Assembly: GCA_963796105.1 (NCBI GenBank)
Contig: CAWCKJ010000007.1
Location: forward strand, 1-64,000
Source: a candidate division FCPU426 bacterium
Lineage (GTDB): Bacteria; Oederibacteriota; Muellerivitia; Muellerivitales; Muellerivitaceae
Length of the DNA: 64,000 nt
Direction of reading: 5' to 3'
The position numbers were made by a program, and so were the translations under genes. Positions 50,734 through 60,488 of this stretch are shown piece after piece; within the stretch, counting starts at the first letter, position 1; each line of letters starts with the position of its first letter. The notes under the pieces are model-generated. The model ran no database searches, was not told the origin of the DNA, and saw nothing but the letters and a program-made list of their open reading frames with translations.

Positions 50734-53086
50734 GAGCCAATACCTCCAGAAATTATTCATGACCGCCCTGATGGCCTCGGCGTTTTGCGGGACTTCTTGG
50801 TGTTTTTCTTCCGGCGATCCTTTCACGATCGTGCCAGCGGGGGACCCCACTTATTCGGAATTAAAACAACTGGCCCGGGCTGGATGGTTGTCGGAAAAAG
50901 ACGTTTCGTGGGCTTCCCTGACCCGGTATGACGTGGCCAAACTCATCCTGAAAGCGCAAAGGAATTCCAATGAAATAACCTTGGCCCAAGCGAACATCAC
51001 CACGCCCACCCCATCCAGTCAGGTGGGCACGCTCGAACCGTTACAGGAAACAGGAACCGCCCCGGTCACCGCTGCCGGGCCTGCAAAACAATCCGCCGCC
51101 GAAATGGCCGTGGTCCGGGCCCAGGCCGCCAAATCCCTCCACAGCCTCCAGGAAGCCTACCAATACGAACTCAAGTCTCTTAAAGAAAAGTTAAAAACCC
51201 TCCAGGCAGAAGCCACCGAATTGGAGGCCCAGCAATACAACCTCAGAAAGAAGTTGATGGGCTTCAACCAGAACCCTTCCATTTCAATACACGGCCTGGG
51301 ACTGGCTTACGGGTATTCCCAACAATTCATTGGGAATTATCCGGTTTATATCAATGGAAATCCCGGTACCCGGACAACCCTGGGATACTTGGACTTGGAA
51401 CCGATGGGAACCATCTCCAAGGAAGTCAGTTGGGACACGATCCTGAGGCTGCAATCCTCACTGATACCCAACGACACGCCTGTATTTAACCTGCGCCGGA
51501 TCTCCCTGGATTTCAACCCGCCCTGGCTCTCGGCTACTTTGGGCGATTTCGACGAGTCTTACACCCCCTTCACGATATGGAACAGAAACAGTCTTGACCT
51601 GGCCTATGCTCCGGAAATGTGGAGCCGCTGGGACAACCGGGTCAAATACGAGAACTTCTTCAACGACGAGCCTAACTGGCCGTTTCGGGGATTGAGGGTG
51701 GGTGAGTCGGTGATGTGGCCTGATTCCGGCGCCCTGGATTCCCTGAAGGCCTCGGCCTTTATCCACATGATCCGCAACGGGTACAATTACAACAGCGGCT
51801 CTTATTTCGGCTCCAACCAGTACACCGACTGGATTTTCGCGGGGACTGCGGGGTTGAAATCCAGGAAGTGGTACTTGGGCGGGACCTCCCTGCAGTTGGG
51901 CCTGGATTCCTACGGCATCATCCTGGATGAACCCCTTGATACGGAACAACCTGGTTCCCCCTACGACCCGGAGAATCCCGCGACTTGGGCGCACCAATAC
52001 TTGATCGGCAGCCTTAAACCCGACATCAAGGTCGGGTTAGGGGACGATTGTTATGTCGGGGGAACTGGCGAGTACTCCTATTCCAATTACCAGGACGACA
52101 AGCGGAACCCTGGCCGGGTGATCGGGGATTACGCGGTGATGGCTGGCCCTTACGTCAAGTTCGGTCATTCCACGCTTAGCGTGAATTACCTTAACGTCGG
52201 CCCCTACTATTATTCCCCCTTGGCACAGACCCGGCAGGACGGCGTCTCCTTAGTCAATGGACTCACGGCACCCTCCATGACCTCGCCCGACCTCTTCCAC
52301 CCCATGTTGAACTACCAGAATGTCTTGCCGGATGTGCCACGCCCCGGAGACATCTTCGGCTTTTACGACCGCACCCAGGATAATACCTTCCCCTACGGTA
52401 TGGCCACCCCCAACCGGGAAGGATTCGGCCTGGAAACCGACCTGAAATTGCTTTGGAAGGAAACCCTATGGATCAAGGGTTCCGCCTACCGGGTCAAGGA
52501 AATATTCAGCAATATGGTCATCAACAACGCACAAACGGGATATATTCCCGTGGACCTTCCTTTCAACACTGCCTTGATTCCCATCCGGAATTTCACTTAT
52601 GTCAACGCGGGCCCTTCATTTAATTTGGGGCCCTCTTTGGGCTGGGACCGGGACTTGGAAATTGGCTCAAATATTCGTTACGAGCAAACCACCAGCGACC
52701 TGGGGACCTTGACCAGTTCCTGGATCATCGGGGGGTTGCGGGTCGACCTTTTGCCGGTTTGGGAAATCGCCGCCGCCATCAGCCAGCAGAATTCGAAGGG
52801 AACCGACGCAGGCTATCAATACATGGATAATGACGGAGTGTTTCACCAAACACTTTGGGCCCATTATTCCTACGTGTATGACAACAAAGACCTTGGGCAT
52901 TACGCGCCTTTCACCGTCGACGGCAACATCATGAGCCTGAGGTTTTCCAGCATTATCAAGGTCAACCGCAATTCCAACATCTACTTGGATTACGATTGGA
53001 CAAAGGGGAACCTGATGCCTGGGAACCCCGCCCAAGGCACCGTCAATAATCAATTCATGGAGTTGAGTTATGAAATCCAATTTTAA
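50720..53086 (+). CDS. Outer-membrane protein: SLH-like + coiled coil + putative beta-barrel (OmpM-like)
   Basis: ATG 50720 (RBS GGAGGT); FTIVPAGDPTYSELKQLARAG...LTRYDVAKLI; LQEAYQYELKSL; ends LSYEIQF. Confidence 0.75.
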   Translation: MFLSKSQYLQKLFMTALMASAFCGTSWCFSSGDPFTIVPAGDPTYSELKQLARAGWLSEKDVSWASLTRYDVAKLILKAQRNSNEITLAQANITTPTPSSQVGTLEPLQETGTAPVTAAGPAKQSAAEMAVVRAQAAKSLHSLQEAYQYELKSLKEKLKTLQAEATELEAQQYNLRKKLMGFNQNPSISIHGLGLAYGYSQQFIGNYPVYINGNPGTRTTLGYLDLEPMGTISKEVSWDTILRLQSSLIPNDTPVFNLRRISLDFNPPWLSATLGDFDESYTPFTIWNRNSLDLAYAPEMWSRWDNRVKYENFFNDEPNWPFRGLRVGESVMWPDSGALDSLKASAFIHMIRNGYNYNSGSYFGSNQYTDWIFAGTAGLKSRKWYLGGTSLQLGLDSYGIILDEPLDTEQPGSPYDPENPATWAHQYLIGSLKPDIKVGLGDDCYVGGTGEYSYSNYQDDKRNPGRVIGDYAVMAGPYVKFGHSTLSVNYLNVGPYYYSPLAQTRQDGVSLVNGLTAPSMTSPDLFHPMLNYQNVLPDVPRPGDIFGFYDRTQDNTFPYGMATPNREGFGLETDLKLLWKETLWIKGSAYRVKEIFSNMVINNAQTGYIPVDLPFNTALIPIRNFTYVNAGPSFNLGPSLGWDRDLEIGSNIRYEQTTSDLGTLTSSWIIGGLRVDLLPVWEIAAAISQQNSKGTDAGYQYMDNDGVFHQTLWAHYSYVYDNKDLGHYAPFTVDGNIMSLRFSSIIKVNRNSNIYLDYDWTKGNLMPGNPAQGTVNNQFMELSYEIQF

Positions 53087-53150
53087 TAATGTTCCGGTGA
53101 GAGAGGATCTCCAGCCTCGGCCGATGCAGGAGAAGAAAGAAAGGCCTGTC

Positions 53151-53870
53151 ATGAAAAACTCGCTATTCACGGCTATCGGCTTGGTCCTTTTGGGGCTATT
53201 GACCTTGCTTGAACCGGGTTGCACAACCAAATTCCCTTCCATCACCACCATGTCACCATTGTCTTCCTCTAATTGTTACCCTTATATTTTGCAAACTTTT
53301 AATAGTTCTTCGGATTTAAGTAATATTAGTAATGGCGGGCAAACATTCGGAACAGGACCCGTCACTGGCGTTAATTCAGGAGTCACAGTCGTTTATTCCC
53401 TTTCGCCCCTATATGCCACTCAGGGAAATATGTCCTTGGATGTCGATATCCTATCGGCCCCGATGACGAACGGCACGGTCGAAAATTGGGACGACAAAAT
53501 ATTCTTTTATAACACTAAAAACATACCGGGAATGAGCTGGAACGATTATTCCATGTTAATCGCGGATGTCTACATCGATGCCTCGGTAATCCAAGGGGCG
53601 GGATACCAACAACTCCAACTTTGGGCCGACTCATCAGCAACCAATAATTACTACCAACCCATCTGCCTCCCAAAGAACCAGCCCAACATCACCGCAGGGC
53701 AACAAGCCCTCACCTGGGTCATCGATTTTACAGCAGGTAAAATTACTCCTGGTTCACAACTCAGTGACATATATTTCATTCTCAACGCAAATACGACTAA
53801 TGGTACGGGAAATATCTACATTGACGATATGCGGTTGGCTTATAAGGTCTGTCCGACTCCCACACAATAA
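53151..53870 (+). CDS. Lipoprotein with a CBM-like (galactose-binding fold) domain
   Basis: ATG 53151; lipobox EPGC; ATQGNMSL, WNDYSMLIADVY, GNIYIDDMRL. Confidence 0.65.
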   Translation: MKNSLFTAIGLVLLGLLTLLEPGCTTKFPSITTMSPLSSSNCYPYILQTFNSSSDLSNISNGGQTFGTGPVTGVNSGVTVVYSLSPLYATQGNMSLDVDILSAPMTNGTVENWDDKIFFYNTKNIPGMSWNDYSMLIADVYIDASVIQGAGYQQLQLWADSSATNNYYQPICLPKNQPNITAGQQALTWVIDFTAGKITPGSQLSDIYFILNANTTNGTGNIYIDDMRLAYKVCPTPTQ

Positions 53871-54008
53871 TTTCCCGGAAAACACTTCGCCATAGTTTCA
53901 TCCCAGGAAGTTCGTATTCTTCCTGTTAAAATATTTACACACGAATAACAGCGGGCCTTTCATTGAAGAAATAAATTCTCCACTTCCTGGAATTGACATG
54001 GAGGAATT

Positions 54009-56789
54009 TTGAAAAATCACGCGTTTACCCGGTTTTTGCTGGTTTCCGTTATCCTTTTGCCGCTGAAAGTAATTGGCCACGAAGGGGTTGGGCGTGAACG
54101 CATCCTTATGGATGCGGAGTGGCGATTCCGTTTGGGAACCATCAGCGGATCGGAGATTAATAACGGCATTGTGATCACTAACTGGCGTTATCAGGGGCCC
54201 TGGAAAACAAAACCCGCCGATATTGAGAAATCCCTGGGCGCTACGGGAGTGAAAACCTCCGGATCAGATTGGAAGGATGCCGTCAACGGAAAGGACCTTT
54301 TCGACAACAAACCTGGATTCGCCTTGTGCCGGGCGGTTATGCCCGATTTCCCGGGCCCCCACCGGGTGCTTCATTTCGCGGGAGTGGACGACAACTGTAC
54401 CGTTTACGTTAACGGAAAAAAAATGATTTACCACGAGGGGTGGAACGACTCCTTCGACATTGACCTGGACCCGGTCTGGAAGGAAGGCGGCTCCAATGAG
54501 GCGGCGGTCCTGGTCGAAAACATCTGGGGAGGAGGAAACATTAAAGAAGCCGATCTGTTATCCCCCGACAGGGTTGAAAAAATTCCGGATGCGGCCATGC
54601 CGGGTTACTACACTAAGGGATGGAAAAAAATCCATATCCCCCACGATTTCGTGGTGGAAGGCACCTTCGATTTCAATGCCGACGGCAGCCACGGGTTCCT
54701 TCCCAAGAACGCGGCTTGGTATCAAAAGACCTTCGACCTTCCGATTTCGGATAAGGGGAAGGCCTTGTGGATTGACTTCGACGGCATTTACCGGGACAGC
54801 CGTGTTTGGCTGAACGGCAAGTTGTTGGGCCGCCATTTGAGCGGTTACACGGGTTTCCGCTACGACATCACGCAAGCCGCCAACTACGGAGGAAAGAACG
54901 TTTTAACCGTGTACGTGGATGCGCGCGATTCCGAGGGCTGGTGGTATGAGGGAGGCGGCATCTACCGCCACGTTTGGATTAACAAGGCCTACCCCTTGCA
55001 TGTGGAACCTTGGGGCGTATGCGTGGTTTCCGCTACCAACCGGGAATCCAACCCTACCCAAGCCGCCGTCCGGATCGAAACTTCCATGATCAATGCGGCT
55101 GGAGTGAAAAAGGCTTTCCGCCTTGTTTCCCAGGTAAAGGATGCCCATGGCAAGATCGTCGGCAAGCTATCGGGGACCAAGATTTTGGGGGCCGGTTCTA
55201 AAACCGTTCTTTCCCAAAAGATCTCCTTGGCCCGGCCCCACCTTTGGTCGTTGGAAGACCCATATCTTTATACCCTCGAGACAAATGTCATGGTGGGGTC
55301 CAATGTGGTGGACAGCGTTACGACCCCCTTTGGCATTCGTACCATCCGCTTTGACATAGGGAGGGGGTTTTTCCTGAACGGCCGGCCCGTCAAGATTAAG
55401 GGAACCTGCAATCACCAGGATTTCGCGGGGATCGGAATCGCCATTTCTGACCGTATTTTTGCTTACCGGTTGGACCGCCTGAAAGATATGGGCTCCAACG
55501 CCTACCGATGCTCGCACAATCCCCCGGCGGCCGAATTGCTCGACGAGTGCGACCGGAAGGGCGTGTTGGTGATGGATGAGAACCGCAAGCTGGGCGACAC
55601 GCCGGAAATTCTCGACCAAGTGCGCAGCATGGTCCTGAGGGACCGGAACCACCCCAGCGTCATCCTTTGGTCCCTGTGCAACGAGGAAGCCCTGCAGGGC
55701 TCGCCCACAGGGCAAGCTAGGGGAGAAGCCATGAAAAAAATGATCCTAGGTCTGGATAAGACCCGTCTCATTACCTGTGCCATGAACGGGGGATTCGGCT
55801 CCGGGCTCTCCAACGTGGTGGACCTCCAAGGCTTCAACTACCATCCTAAGGAATACGAACCCTATCACCAAAACCACCCCAAAATACCGATTTTCGGCAG
55901 CGAGACTGGCAGTACGGTTTCCACAAGGGGTATCTACGCGGACGCCAAGGATAAGGGCTACGTGAGCGCCTACGACGTCAATCCCCCCGGGTGGGCCAAC
56001 ACGGCGGAAGAGACGTGGCAAGCCATCGACCGTCCCTACATGGCGGGCTGCTTTGTCTGGACGGGTTTCGACTATAGGGGCGAACCCACGCCTTACTGGT
56101 GGCCTTGCATCAATTCCCATTTTGGGTTGATGGATATATGCGGTTTCCCCAAGGATAACTTTTATTACTACCAATCCGTTTGGACCGGCAAACCCATGGT
56201 GCATCTCCTTCCGCATTGGACTTGGAAGGGAAAAGAAGGCCGCGAAATCGCGGTTTGGGCCTACAGCAACTGCGATCAGGTGGAACTGTTCCTGAATGGC
56301 AAAAGCCTGGGTGTAAAGGACAACCCAAAAGACGGGCATATGGAGTGGAAAGTGAAGTACGAACCCGGCACACTTTCCGCCAAGGGCAGCAAGGATGGAA
56401 TGGTGGCGGCGGAAGACAAAGTGGAAACCGCCGGTGCGCCCGCCAAAATCCGTTTGACGCCGTACCAAACGGGGCTTTTGGCGGATGGCGAAGATGAAAT
56501 GCCCGTCAAGGTGGAAATACTCGACTCGGAGAACCGTATCGTGCCCACGGCGGGAAACGAGGTGACTTTCCGGGTGACTGGACCTGGGCTGGTGGCGGGT
56601 GTGGCCAACGGCGACCCCTCCAGCCATGAGCGGGACAAGGTGGGGGAAGGGCCCGCGCATCGCAAGGCGTTCAACGGACTTTGCATGGCCGTAGTCGGAT
56701 CCACCAACGAGGCTGGCCCTGTCACCCTTACCGCCACTTCGGCCGGATTGGAGCCGGCTACGGTGGTTTTAATTTCCACGGTTCCTTGA
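54009..56789 (+). CDS. GH2 beta-galactosidase (GalA-like), exported
   Basis: IPHDF, FDGIYRDS, EGWWYEGGGIYRHV, FGIR, KGTCNHQD, AYRCSHNP, RDRNHPSVILWSLCNEE, GSETGS, WTGFDYRGEPTP, NGDP. Confidence 0.95.
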   Translation: MKNHAFTRFLLVSVILLPLKVIGHEGVGRERILMDAEWRFRLGTISGSEINNGIVITNWRYQGPWKTKPADIEKSLGATGVKTSGSDWKDAVNGKDLFDNKPGFALCRAVMPDFPGPHRVLHFAGVDDNCTVYVNGKKMIYHEGWNDSFDIDLDPVWKEGGSNEAAVLVENIWGGGNIKEADLLSPDRVEKIPDAAMPGYYTKGWKKIHIPHDFVVEGTFDFNADGSHGFLPKNAAWYQKTFDLPISDKGKALWIDFDGIYRDSRVWLNGKLLGRHLSGYTGFRYDITQAANYGGKNVLTVYVDARDSEGWWYEGGGIYRHVWINKAYPLHVEPWGVCVVSATNRESNPTQAAVRIETSMINAAGVKKAFRLVSQVKDAHGKIVGKLSGTKILGAGSKTVLSQKISLARPHLWSLEDPYLYTLETNVMVGSNVVDSVTTPFGIRTIRFDIGRGFFLNGRPVKIKGTCNHQDFAGIGIAISDRIFAYRLDRLKDMGSNAYRCSHNPPAAELLDECDRKGVLVMDENRKLGDTPEILDQVRSMVLRDRNHPSVILWSLCNEEALQGSPTGQARGEAMKKMILGLDKTRLITCAMNGGFGSGLSNVVDLQGFNYHPKEYEPYHQNHPKIPIFGSETGSTVSTRGIYADAKDKGYVSAYDVNPPGWANTAEETWQAIDRPYMAGCFVWTGFDYRGEPTPYWWPCINSHFGLMDICGFPKDNFYYYQSVWTGKPMVHLLPHWTWKGKEGREIAVWAYSNCDQVELFLNGKSLGVKDNPKDGHMEWKVKYEPGTLSAKGSKDGMVAAEDKVETAGAPAKIRLTPYQTGLLADGEDEMPVKVEILDSENRIVPTAGNEVTFRVTGPGLVAGVANGDPSSHERDKVGEGPAHRKAFNGLCMAVVGSTNEAGPVTLTATSAGLEPATVVLISTVP

Positions 56790-57211
56790 AAAACACGATC
56801 GTTCAAGACAATTTCCCCGCAAGTCGCGAAAGTAGCTTGTGGTGAAAAATTGAAACGGCATTCACTACCGCGTTAGGTGAAAATATTCATTAAGAAATAA
56901 TACAACCCCTCGCAAGCCCTTAGGCCCACCCAGCGTTGTACTCTTTTTTGTGTTTGATCTTAACCACAAACCAAAAATCATGAGATTTTCTGATATTTTT
57001 TGTGAATTTAAAATCATTGGGAATTTGAAGATAAGTGCAACCCCCATTGGTTACATTCCACTGCTTAATACTTATATTTGCCCTAAAGAGATTGCCACAT
57101 AATCCCCCTTTAAACTTTTTTTGCTTCAAAAGCCAAGTAAAACGAGGGGAAGACAGTAGGCTAAATATCTTATGGGCGTTAAATCCACCATTAGATTTCG
57201 TATTTAACTTG

Positions 57212-57243
57212 GGGAACACACTAGAGAACAACTCAAGTGTGTT
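57212..57243. repeat. Palindrome AACACACTAGAG-N5-CTCAAGTGTGTT
   Basis: 11/12 inverted repeat; 23/29 identical to 7771-7799. Confidence 0.6.
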
Positions 57244-57350
57244 AGTGATTTTTCCAAATATCATTTTGAGGGACACACTAGATTTTTTTACGATTTGGAT
57301 TGACCAACCTGTTTCTTATGAAAGTCTTTCGCACTCGGTTTTTACCGGTC

Positions 57351-57380
57351 TTGACTGCCTTTGACTGCCACTGACTGCCA
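57351..57380 (+). repeat. Three tandem 10-bp repeats (T/C)TGACTGCC(T/A)
   Basis: TTGACTGCCT TTGACTGCCA CTGACTGCCA. Confidence 0.8.
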
Positions 57381-57489
57381 GAAGCAAGAAAGGCCTCCGG
57401 CGAAAAATTTTTTCGACCGGAAGCCTCTCAATTGCGCTAGGAACAATGAAATTAAGGTCCCACAAGGATTTTCGAAAAAGTTTGAGCCG

Positions 57490-57575
57490 TGGTGTGGAAG
57501 GTGTGAGTGGAGCCCTCACAAAGGCCCACTAGATGAACCTGAATCTAGTGCGTCTGCCAATTTCGCCACTTCCGC
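57490..57575 (-). tRNA. tRNA-Leu(CAG)-derived gene with an intact 5' half and a degenerate 3' half (probable pseudo-tRNA / att scar)
   Basis: GCGGAAGTGGCGAAATTGGCAGACGCACTAGATTCAGGT is canonical. It is followed by an extra TCA in the anticodon loop, a T-arm without TTC and with mispairs, a C:A mismatch in the acceptor stem, and a terminal ACCA. Confidence 0.75.
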
Positions 57576-58012
57576 GTTGGGAAAAAAGCCTCTGAAAGCG
57601 CTAATGTTACAATAATTTCCGGACATCGTCCAAAAATACTTTTTAGAGATATTCATGAGCCTGAATCCTTTGTTTCCATAAGCCCTTGTCTTATGGAAGA
57701 TCGTAGCTTAAATTAAGTACCAAACCCAATTAGCAACGGGGTGTTGGTCCGGGGCCACTCCCCCGACCCGAGGTCAGCCGGTTTCCCTTCCTCACTCGAA
57801 CAGATTTCAAACGTCCATTCGATAAAAGGCAAAATGATCGGGCCATCAAGGGACGACTCTTCGAGCCGCCACTTGGCCGGGACATGCCCCCCGGCCAAGT
57901 ACACGGCTAGGCCCCGGCCGGGTCCAAGGCAGCCGGTGAATCGAAGAAAGCCCTAAAATGGGCCTCCAGCGGTTAAAATCATCCATGGATAAACAATTCA
58001 AAGGATTAAAAA

Positions 58013-60040
58013 TTGTCAAGAAAGCATAGAAACAAGGGTTTTCACCCCAAGCAAAAAAGCCACCACAAGAAAGGGGAACATCCCTCCGTCAAGCAGCACG
58101 CCCACAAGCCCAAGACCATCGCGGGCCAGTTCGAAAAAATCGGGTTAGTCCAAGGAAACGAGAAGGGTTTCGGGTTTTTCATCCCCGAGGACGGCTCGAC
58201 AGACGCTTTTCTTCCCCCCAGGGAAATGAAAGGAATCCTGAGCGGGGATACCATCCGCGCCAGGATCTCCAAGGATTCCCGAAAGGAGGACCGGTTTTCC
58301 GCCGTGGTCGTTTCAGTCGTGAAGAGGGCCCACCCGACAATCGTCGGGGTCTTGAGCAAGACGAAAACGGGTTATCTACTGAAACCCGATGACCAAAAGG
58401 TGGTCCACTGGGTCCACTTGGAACGGGTCCCCCCCGAGGCCAAGGAAGGCCAGAAGGCGGTGGCGCGGATCACCCAATGGCCGAGCGAGGGCCGGCGCAT
58501 GGAAGGGGTCGTGGAGGAAATCCTCGGTTTCGCGGGCGATCCAGGGGTTGATATCCTGGCCATCGTCAAGAAATACAAATGGAACGAGAAATTCCCGCAT
58601 ATAGTCGAGAACCAATGCAAGAACTTTCCAGAAAACCCCACCGAGGAGGATTGGAAAGGGCGGCTGGACCTCCGCGATACTCAGATCCTCACGATCGACG
58701 GCCCTGACGCCAAGGATTTCGACGACGCCATTTCCCTCAGCCGGGAGTCCTCCGTACGCTACCGGCTGGGCATCCATATCGCCGATGTTTCCCATTACGT
58801 GCAAGAGGGCACCCCCCTGGACGCGGAGGCCCAGGAAAGGGCCACCAGTGTCTATTTGCCGGACCGAGTGCTTCCGATGCTTCCCCATTCCCTTTCCGAC
58901 GGTCTTTGTTCCCTTCGGGAAGGCGTTCCCCGCCTGGCCCTCTCCGCTTTCCTGGATTACAACCTCGAGGGTAAATTGCTCGGCACCGAGTTTGCGTCCA
59001 CCCTCATCCAAAGCGCCCGGCGCGGCACCTATGAGGAAATCCAGCAGGTTTTGGACGGTACCGCGGCGCCCGCGGTCCGGAGTAAATACGATAAATTACG
59101 CCCCATGCTGGAGGATATGCTCCGCCTTTCCCGCTTGATCCGAGCGGGACGGCGCGACCAGGGCTCGATGGATTTCGACCTGCCGGAAGTCCGGGCGATC
59201 ATGGGTCCCGACGGGCTGGTCCAAGACGTCCGCAAGTTGGAGCACTTGGAAACCCACAGGCTTATCGAGGATTTCATGGTCGCGGCCAACGAGGCTGTCG
59301 CAACTTATCTCACCCAAAAAGGAATCCCGGCCCTCTACCGCATCCATGAGCCTCCCCAGCCCTCTGATTTCGAGGATTTGACGGCTTTTTTGAAGGCCTA
59401 CCGTGTTCCCTTCAAGCCATCCGAGTTGGGGACTCCCTTGGGCTTAAGCGCCCTCCTGGAGTCCGTGAAGGGCAAGCCCCTCGCCCCCTTGATCACCATG
59501 CTGGCCCTGAGGTCCATGAAGTTGGCGGTTTATTCCACAAGGAACCTCGGCCATTTCGGATTGGCCCTGAGGTCCTACTGCCATTTCACTTCCCCCATCC
59601 GCCGATATCCAGACCTGGTGGTCCACCGCGCCATGAAAAAATCCTTCCAGGCCCGGGACGCTGCCTCCAAAACCTCCACCTACGACCGCTTGGCTGCCCA
59701 TTGCAGTGAGCGGGAAAGGGCGGCTGAAAAGGCCGAAAGAGAGGGCCAGAAAGTCATGCAGTTGAGATTCATGCAGGACAAGGTCGGCAAGGAATACTCC
59801 GGCCCTGTCCGGCATATGACCGCTTACGGCGTTTACGTCGAGCTGGAGCCTTACGGCCTTGAGGGCTTCATTCCCCTGGAAAACATCGCGGAAGAGGGAC
59901 TCCGCTATGATCCCGAATCCCTGACCCTCAAGGGAAATCGAGGAACGGTAGTGAGATTTGGTGATATATTGAAAGTCAAAGTCCTGGCGGTGGATATGCT
60001 GTTCCAGCGGCTGATTTTGGCGAGGAACCATGGCGGATAG
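58013..60040 (+). CDS. rnr: Ribonuclease R
   Basis: KGFGF cold-shock domain, [52 protein letters not shown]-terminal S1. Confidence 0.96.
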   Translation: MSRKHRNKGFHPKQKSHHKKGEHPSVKQHAHKPKTIAGQFEKIGLVQGNEKGFGFFIPEDGSTDAFLPPREMKGILSGDTIRARISKDSRKEDRFSAVVVSVVKRAHPTIVGVLSKTKTGYLLKPDDQKVVHWVHLERVPPEAKEGQKAVARITQWPSEGRRMEGVVEEILGFAGDPGVDILAIVKKYKWNEKFPHIVENQCKNFPENPTEEDWKGRLDLRDTQILTIDGPDAKDFDDAISLSRESSVRYRLGIHIADVSHYVQEGTPLDAEAQERATSVYLPDRVLPMLPHSLSDGLCSLREGVPRLALSAFLDYNLEGKLLGTEFASTLIQSARRGTYEEIQQVLDGTAAPAVRSKYDKLRPMLEDMLRLSRLIRAGRRDQGSMDFDLPEVRAIMGPDGLVQDVRKLEHLETHRLIEDFMVAANEAVATYLTQKGIPALYRIHEPPQPSDFEDLTAFLKAYRVPFKPSELGTPLGLSALLESVKGKPLAPLITMLALRSMKLAVYSTRNLGHFGLALRSYCHFTSPIRRYPDLVVHRAMKKSFQARDAASKTSTYDRLAAHCSERERAAEKAEREGQKVMQLRFMQDKVGKEYSGPVRHMTAYGVYVELEPYGLEGFIPLENIAEEGLRYDPESLTLKGNRGTVVRFGDILKVKVLAVDMLFQRLILARNHGG

Positions 60041-60488
60041 AGCCCCAACCATACAAAACAGGAAAGCCCATTTCGATTATTTCATCCTGGAAAGCCAGGA
60101 GGCCGGCATCGCCTTGGCCGGATGCGAGGTGAAATCCATCCGCCTGGGCAAGGCCAACCTTCAGGACAGTTTCGGCCGGGTCGAGAAGAACGAAATTTTC
60201 CTTTACGGGATGCACGTGTCCCCCTACGCCCAGGGAAACCGCTACAATCCCGATCCCATCAGGCCCCGCAAGCTCCTGCTCAACCGGGGAGAGATCAATA
60301 AATTAGCCGGGAGGGTCCATGAAAAGGGCCTCAGCCTGGTGCCCTTGAGGCTTTATTTCAAGTCGGGAAAAGTAAAGGTTCAGTTGGCCTTGGCCAAGGG
60401 CAAATCCACCGTGGACAAGCGGGATAAGCTGAGGGAAAAGGAAGCCAACCGCGAGATCGAGCGGGCGATGCGTCGGAAGCTTAGATAG
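60030..60488 (+). CDS. smpB: SsrA-binding protein
   Basis: [35 protein letters not shown]...DKR. Confidence 0.98.
   Translation: MADRAPTIQNRKAHFDYFILESQEAGIALAGCEVKSIRLGKANLQDSFGRVEKNEIFLYGMHVSPYAQGNRYNPDPIRPRKLLLNRGEINKLAGRVHEKGLSLVPLRLYFKSGKVKVQLALAKGKSTVDKRDKLREKEANREIERAMRRKLR

Noticed and set aside
57530..57548. Enlarged anticodon loop read as a UCA (Sec/opal suppressor) or frameshift-suppressor tRNA
   Set aside because: The T arm and acceptor stem are also damaged and the body is Leu-type, so decay is the simpler explanation.
56865..57615. Short ORFs in the AT-rich segment beside the tRNA
   Set aside because: They overlap on both strands, have no motifs, and one crosses the tRNA; probably non-coding.
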